From Patescibacteria group bacterium (lineage in GTDB: Bacteria > Patescibacteriota > UBA1384 > 2-12-FULL-50-11), in NCBI GenBank assembly GCA_016861245.1, contig BOKZ01000001.1:551006-615005 (forward strand): a stretch of 64,000 bases of DNA. The letters are read 5' to 3'. Below, piece after piece: positions 59,730 through 64,000 of this stretch. The notes beneath the pieces are model-generated. The model was not told the DNA's origin. It saw only the letters and a program-made list of their open reading frames with translations, and did not search any database. The position numbers and the translations under genes were made by a program. Numbering within the stretch: position 1 is the stretch's first letter; each line of letters opens with the position of its first letter.

Positions 59730-59805
59730 AGTAGTAGTATACAAGAATATGAAACACAGATTAGCTAGTTGTTAGATAAGCGATACCTGATAGAATGGCA
59801 ACAAT

Positions 59806-60813
59806 ATGTTACGACGGATCGGGGTAGATTTAGGCACGGCCAACATCCTTATTAACGTCCCTGGCAAAGGGATTGTTATCGACGAGCCTGCTGTTGCGGC
59901 GATCGACGCCTTTGATAATAAAATCGTCGCCTTTGGCGAGGAAGCTAAAAAGATGCTCGGTAAAACCCCCGGCAGTATTATCGCTGCTCGACCGTTAAAA
60001 GACGGCGTTATCGCTAACTTTAAAGTTACCGAAGCGATGCTGCGTTATTTTATTAACCGCGTAAGTGGCCGAATTCGTCTATTACGACCTGATGTTATGG
60101 TGGCGGTACCCGTCGGCGCTACTTCAACCGAGCGTCGAGCAGTTATCGACGCGTGCGTCGCCGCCGGCGCTAAAAAAGCGTTTCTCATTAAAGAACCAGT
60201 AGCAGCGGCGTTAGGCGCAAACGTGCCGATTGCGGCAGCTGAGGGACACCTTATTATCGACATAGGCGGCGGCACAACCGAGGTTGCGGTGATATCGCTC
60301 GGCGACGTGGTAGCAGCAACATCGGTTCGAGTTGGCGGCGCCAAGATGGATCAAGCGATCGCTAATTATATTCGTAAAAAATACTCTCTGATTATCGGCG
60401 AGCCAACAGCCGAATCGCTTAAAATTAAAATAGGTGCGGTAGTTCCTCAGAAAAAAGAACAAACAATGGAGCTCTCTGGTGCTAACTCAATTACTGGTTT
60501 GCCTGAGAGTATTATCGTTAACTCCAGCGACGTCATGAACGCCGTCCAAGAAGAGTTAAAAGAAATTATCGGCGCCGTTAAGTCGGTGCTACAAAAAACC
60601 CCACCCGAGTTAGCGGCAGATATTATGGATAAGGGGATGATCATGACTGGCGGCGGGTCGATGCTTCGCGGCCTTGATCAGTTATTTACCAAGGTTACCG
60701 GCGTACCTTGCCAGTTAGCAGAGGATCCGAGACTATGTGTCGCCAAAGGCACCGGTATCGCCGCAGAACATTTAGACGAATACGTTCGGTCTGTCCTGTG
60801 GTCGAAGCGCTAA
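59806..60813 (+). CDS. mreB: Rod shape-determining protein MreB
   Basis: DLGTAN, RPLKDGVI, DIGGGTTE, TGGGS. Confidence 0.98.
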   Translation: MLRRIGVDLGTANILINVPGKGIVIDEPAVAAIDAFDNKIVAFGEEAKKMLGKTPGSIIAARPLKDGVIANFKVTEAMLRYFINRVSGRIRLLRPDVMVAVPVGATSTERRAVIDACVAAGAKKAFLIKEPVAAALGANVPIAAAEGHLIIDIGGGTTEVAVISLGDVVAATSVRVGGAKMDQAIANYIRKKYSLIIGEPTAESLKIKIGAVVPQKKEQTMELSGANSITGLPESIIVNSSDVMNAVQEELKEIIGAVKSVLQKTPPELAADIMDKGMIMTGGGSMLRGLDQLFTKVTGVPCQLAEDPRLCVAKGTGIAAEHLDEYVRSVLWSKR

Positions 60814-60852
60814 CAGGTTCACATTTTCCGAAAACTCAAGTATGGTTGTTGC

Positions 60853-61938
60853 ATGATAATCGGCGTTGACGCATCGAGAGCCGTTAAAGTAGCGAAAACC
60901 GGAACTGAACACTACTCGTGGGAGCTATTAAAGGAACTTGTTCAGCTTCCAAGTGAACATACGTTTCGTCTTTACGCGCCGCATCTTCCCAAAAACCCGT
61001 TTCCCGAAGAACGGTGCGAGTGGAGAGTTATTCCGGAGCGCCGGCTCTGGTCGCAGATCGCGCTGGCAAAGGAGATAAAATCTGATCCGCCAGACGTCTT
61101 ATTTGTCCCGTCGCACGTTATTCCGTTACTAACAAACGTGCCATCGGTTGTAACAATCCACGACGTTGCTTATAAGTATTACCCGAAAGCATATTCGTCG
61201 TTTGACCGTCGCTACCTCGAATTCACGACCGGTATATCGATCTCAAAGGCAAAAAAAGTAATTGTTCCGACTCAAGCAACAGCTAACGATATTCAAAAGT
61301 ACTACAAAGCCGAGACAGAAAAAATTACCGTTATACCGCACGGGTATAACTCTGATGTTTTTAAGCCGCTACCGAAAAGCGGATCGCCGTACCAATATCC
61401 GTATATATTTTTCGTCGGGCGGATCGAAACCAAAAAGAACGTGTTGCGCTTAATCGAGGCGTTTGCGTTACTCTCAAAACAAGAAAAAACTCTTCATCTG
61501 GTGTTGGCTGGTAAGCCTGGGTTGGGTAGCGAAGATGTTACCGCTAGAATCCAATCTTTAGCCGAAGAAGTTAAACAAAAGATTCATCTTATTGGCTACA
61601 TCGACGATCACGACGTTGCACGTCATCTTGCACACGCTAAGGCCTTTGTTTTCCCGAGTTTATACGAAGGTTTCGGCATTCCGATTCTTGAAGCGATGGC
61701 GGTCGGCTGTCCGGTTGTTTGTAGTAGCACACCCGCACTTGTTGAGATCGCAAAAGACGTGGCTACTGTACTACCGCCAGATAACTCGCTCAGTTGGGCC
61801 GCTGCCGTACAACGAATAATCGACAACCCAGAGCTCGCTGCCAATATGAGTGAGAAGGGGATTAAACGAGCAAGCGAGTATTCTTGGAAAAAGTCGGCCG
61901 AAAAAACGTTAGAAATTTTGAATAATGTGGCAGCCTAA
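60853..61938 (+). CDS. GT4 (group 1) glycosyltransferase
   Basis: TIHD, VGRIETKKN, FPSLYEGFGIPILEAM. Confidence 0.95.
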   Translation: MIIGVDASRAVKVAKTGTEHYSWELLKELVQLPSEHTFRLYAPHLPKNPFPEERCEWRVIPERRLWSQIALAKEIKSDPPDVLFVPSHVIPLLTNVPSVVTIHDVAYKYYPKAYSSFDRRYLEFTTGISISKAKKVIVPTQATANDIQKYYKAETEKITVIPHGYNSDVFKPLPKSGSPYQYPYIFFVGRIETKKNVLRLIEAFALLSKQEKTLHLVLAGKPGLGSEDVTARIQSLAEEVKQKIHLIGYIDDHDVARHLAHAKAFVFPSLYEGFGIPILEAMAVGCPVVCSSTPALVEIAKDVATVLPPDNSLSWAAAVQRIIDNPELAANMSEKGIKRASEYSWKKSAEKTLEILNNVAA

Positions 61939-62644
61939 TTACATCAAAATTCTCGGTGTGCGTGTTGATTCGTTAACGTGGAACGACGTAGATAGTTTTG
62001 CAAAAGATGCGCTTTCGGGTAGTAAACCGAATCAAGTTGTAACCGTTAACGGAGAGCACATTCTTGCTGCGGAACGTAACCCTAAGCACCGTAACGTTAT
62101 CAATAACGCCGAACTCGTCGTACCAGATACTACAAACGTACTTTGGGTTAGTAAATTAAAAGGAAGGGGATTAGCGCAGACGATTCCCGGTGTCGATTTA
62201 TCGTTGCGATTAGCTCGGATCGCTGCTGAAACTAATAACTCTTTGTTCTTGTTAGGTAGTAAAATTGGTGTCGCCGAAAAAGCCGCTCGAAAGTTGCAAA
62301 CGATGTATCCGGGACTGGTAATTGCCGGGTTTAGTAGCGCCGATCCAGGCAAGAATAGGGTGGTGGAAGAGATTCGTAATTCGGGCGCTGATATCGTGTT
62401 AGTCGCGTACGGTGCACCAACCCAAGAGTACTGGATCGCAGAGCACAAAGTAGCAACCGGCGCAAAAATATTAGTTGGCGTCGGCGGGACTTTCGATATG
62501 ATCGCCGGCATTTTGCCTCGTGCCCCAAGGTTTGTACGAACCCTCCACCTAGAATGGCTTTGGCGATTAATCCTTCAGCCGTCACGAATCGGTCGAATTT
62601 GGAAAGCGGTAGTAGTATTTCCTCTAAGAGCGCTTTTCCATTGA
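61925..62644 (+). CDS. WecB/TagA/CpsF glycosyltransferase (GT26)
   Basis: VTVN, GAPTQEYW, GVGGTFD, LEWLWRL. Confidence 0.95.
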   Translation: MWQPNYIKILGVRVDSLTWNDVDSFAKDALSGSKPNQVVTVNGEHILAAERNPKHRNVINNAELVVPDTTNVLWVSKLKGRGLAQTIPGVDLSLRLARIAAETNNSLFLLGSKIGVAEKAARKLQTMYPGLVIAGFSSADPGKNRVVEEIRNSGADIVLVAYGAPTQEYWIAEHKVATGAKILVGVGGTFDMIAGILPRAPRFVRTLHLEWLWRLILQPSRIGRIWKAVVVFPLRALFH

Positions 62645-62669
62645 AAATTCGGAGAAAGTACGCTACTAT
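62641..62669 (+). promoter_or_regulatory. sigma70 promoter for nusA
   Basis: TTGAAA-N17-TACTAT. Confidence 0.55.
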
Positions 62670-62678
62670 TGCGAATGT

Positions 62679-62706
62679 AGTCCAGGATTTAATCCTGGCA
62701 CTTTTT
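62679..62706 (+). terminator. Terminator-like hairpin in nusA leader
   Basis: AGT-CCAGGATT-T-AATCCTGG-CACTTTTT. Confidence 0.55.
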
Positions 62707-62737
62707 AAATTACACTTACCTAAAAGGAGATATTTTA

Positions 62738-63889
62738 ATGGCCATCAGCGCATTTGCAGCAGCAATTAACCAACTAGCCGACGAACGCGGATTACCGCAC
62801 GACGTTATTATTGAAGCGATTGAATCGGCGGTAGCGGCTGCGTACCGTAAAGATTACGGCGACCCAGACCAAAACATTCGAGCGAAACTCGACGAAGAGA
62901 CCGGCGAATTTAAAATTTGGCAGGTCTTTGAGGTTGTTGAAGAGCCCGAAAACACTCACGCACAACTCACTGTTGAAGAGGCAAAAGAACTTAAGAAAAC
63001 CGCAAAACTTGGCGATGAGGTTACTGTCGAGCTAGAGCCGCACGCAGATTTCGGACGGATCGCCGCTCAAACTGCAAAACAGGTTATCTCACAACGGTTA
63101 CGCGAAGCAGAGAAAGAAATTCTCTACGCCGAGTACAAAGAGAAACAAGGCCAGTTAATTAACGGATACGTTCAGCAGGTTGAAGGTCCGAACGTTATTA
63201 TGAACATCGGCAAACTCAACGGATTAATGATCGCCTCCGATCAAATTCCTGGTCAAACGTATTATCCTGGACAACGCCTAAAAATCTTGGTTTATAACGT
63301 TGAAGAGACGCCACGTGGTCCTCGCGTTCTCGTTACGCGCTCTAGCGCCGATTTTATCGCTAAACTGTTCGAGCTCGAAGTTCCTGAGATCGCATCAGGT
63401 TCAGTTGAAGTTAAAACTATCGCTCGTGAAGCTGGCACTAGAACTAAAATGGCCGTCGCTTCAACTCAACCGGGGCTTGACCCTGTCGGTTCGTGCGTCG
63501 GTCAACGTGGAACCCGTGTCCAATCTGTTTTGAGTGAGATTGGCGACGAAAAAATCGATATTATTCTTTGGAGCGAGTCGATCGAACAGATGATCACCAA
63601 CGCCTTGGCTCCAGCTAAAATCGAAAAAATTTCACTTCGTAAGAAAGATTCAACAGCATTGGTAACAGTGCCGGAAGACCAACTCTCGTTGGCGATCGGT
63701 AAGAACGGCCAAAACGTTCGCCTTGCCAGTAAGCTTACTGGCTGGGAGATCGATATTCTAAAAACAGGGGAGAGCGCTCGACAAAAAGCCGAGGAGAAAG
63801 CCGTCCCGTCTGATTCAGAGATCCTCGAGCAAACACCTGAAGATATCGCATCTGAGCAAGAACAAGTAGCCGACGAAGCAACTCAATAA
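62738..63889 (+). CDS. nusA: Transcription termination factor NusA
   Basis: [44 protein letters not shown]. Confidence 0.98.
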   Translation: MAISAFAAAINQLADERGLPHDVIIEAIESAVAAAYRKDYGDPDQNIRAKLDEETGEFKIWQVFEVVEEPENTHAQLTVEEAKELKKTAKLGDEVTVELEPHADFGRIAAQTAKQVISQRLREAEKEILYAEYKEKQGQLINGYVQQVEGPNVIMNIGKLNGLMIASDQIPGQTYYPGQRLKILVYNVEETPRGPRVLVTRSSADFIAKLFELEVPEIASGSVEVKTIAREAGTRTKMAVASTQPGLDPVGSCVGQRGTRVQSVLSEIGDEKIDIILWSESIEQMITNALAPAKIEKISLRKKDSTALVTVPEDQLSLAIGKNGQNVRLASKLTGWEIDILKTGESARQKAEEKAVPSDSEILEQTPEDIASEQEQVADEATQ

Positions 63890-63896
63890 CAGTGTT

Positions 63897-63918
63897 AATG
63901 TAAAGCACGCTTTACATT
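63897..63918. promoter_or_regulatory. Perfect palindrome, operator-like
   Basis: AATGTAAAGC-AC-GCTTTACATT. Confidence 0.4.
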
Positions 63919-63969
63919 GTCAAGACGTATTTTATAAGGAAATAACAGGGAGAATTGGCAATTATCCTC

Positions 63970-63997
63970 CTGACATAGAAAAATCCTCTGTTATACT
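63970..63997 (+). promoter_or_regulatory. Putative promoter for next gene beyond window
   Basis: CTGACA-N16-TATACT with TGn extension. Confidence 0.45.
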
Positions 63998-64000
63998 AGC

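Overview
Core chromosomal segment of a reduced-genome bacterium, most likely CPR/Patescibacteria. This is inferred from the absence of rpmD/L30 in the spc operon, an RNA polymerase alpha without a CTD, a minimal PheRS, a short AspRS and tRNAs without encoded CCA. TGA is used as a stop codon, so the code is standard code 11. Gene order: rpoB(partial)-rpoC-rpsL-rpsG-fusA-tuf-rpsJ, then a ~16 kb accessory block that splits the S10 operon, then rplC..secY..rpoA-rplQ-rplM-rpsI, aminoacyl-tRNA synthetases, rnc/nusB/rpmF/leuS, a NOX-like ferric reductase, a glycolytic trio flanked by two tRNA-Ala genes, envelope genes and nusA. The accessory block holds a Type I R-M locus, an RloC-like ABC-ATPase/HEPN protein, a PD-(D/E)XK nuclease, a protease, msrA, a lone FabH and orphan genes. 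Best candidate for a novel system: the HsdM-HsdS fusion has an (AG)7 tract exactly between two target-recognition domains. Losing one AG unit fuses the second TRD in frame, which suggests a phase-variable specificity switch, and the locus is followed directly by the RloC-like putative anticodon nuclease. Other notable points are a Nudix domain inserted in LeuRS, an editing-less PheRS, unannotated micro membrane proteins, a GC-rich structured intergenic element and repeated leaderless-type promoters. All calls are from motif recognition by eye; no searches were run.
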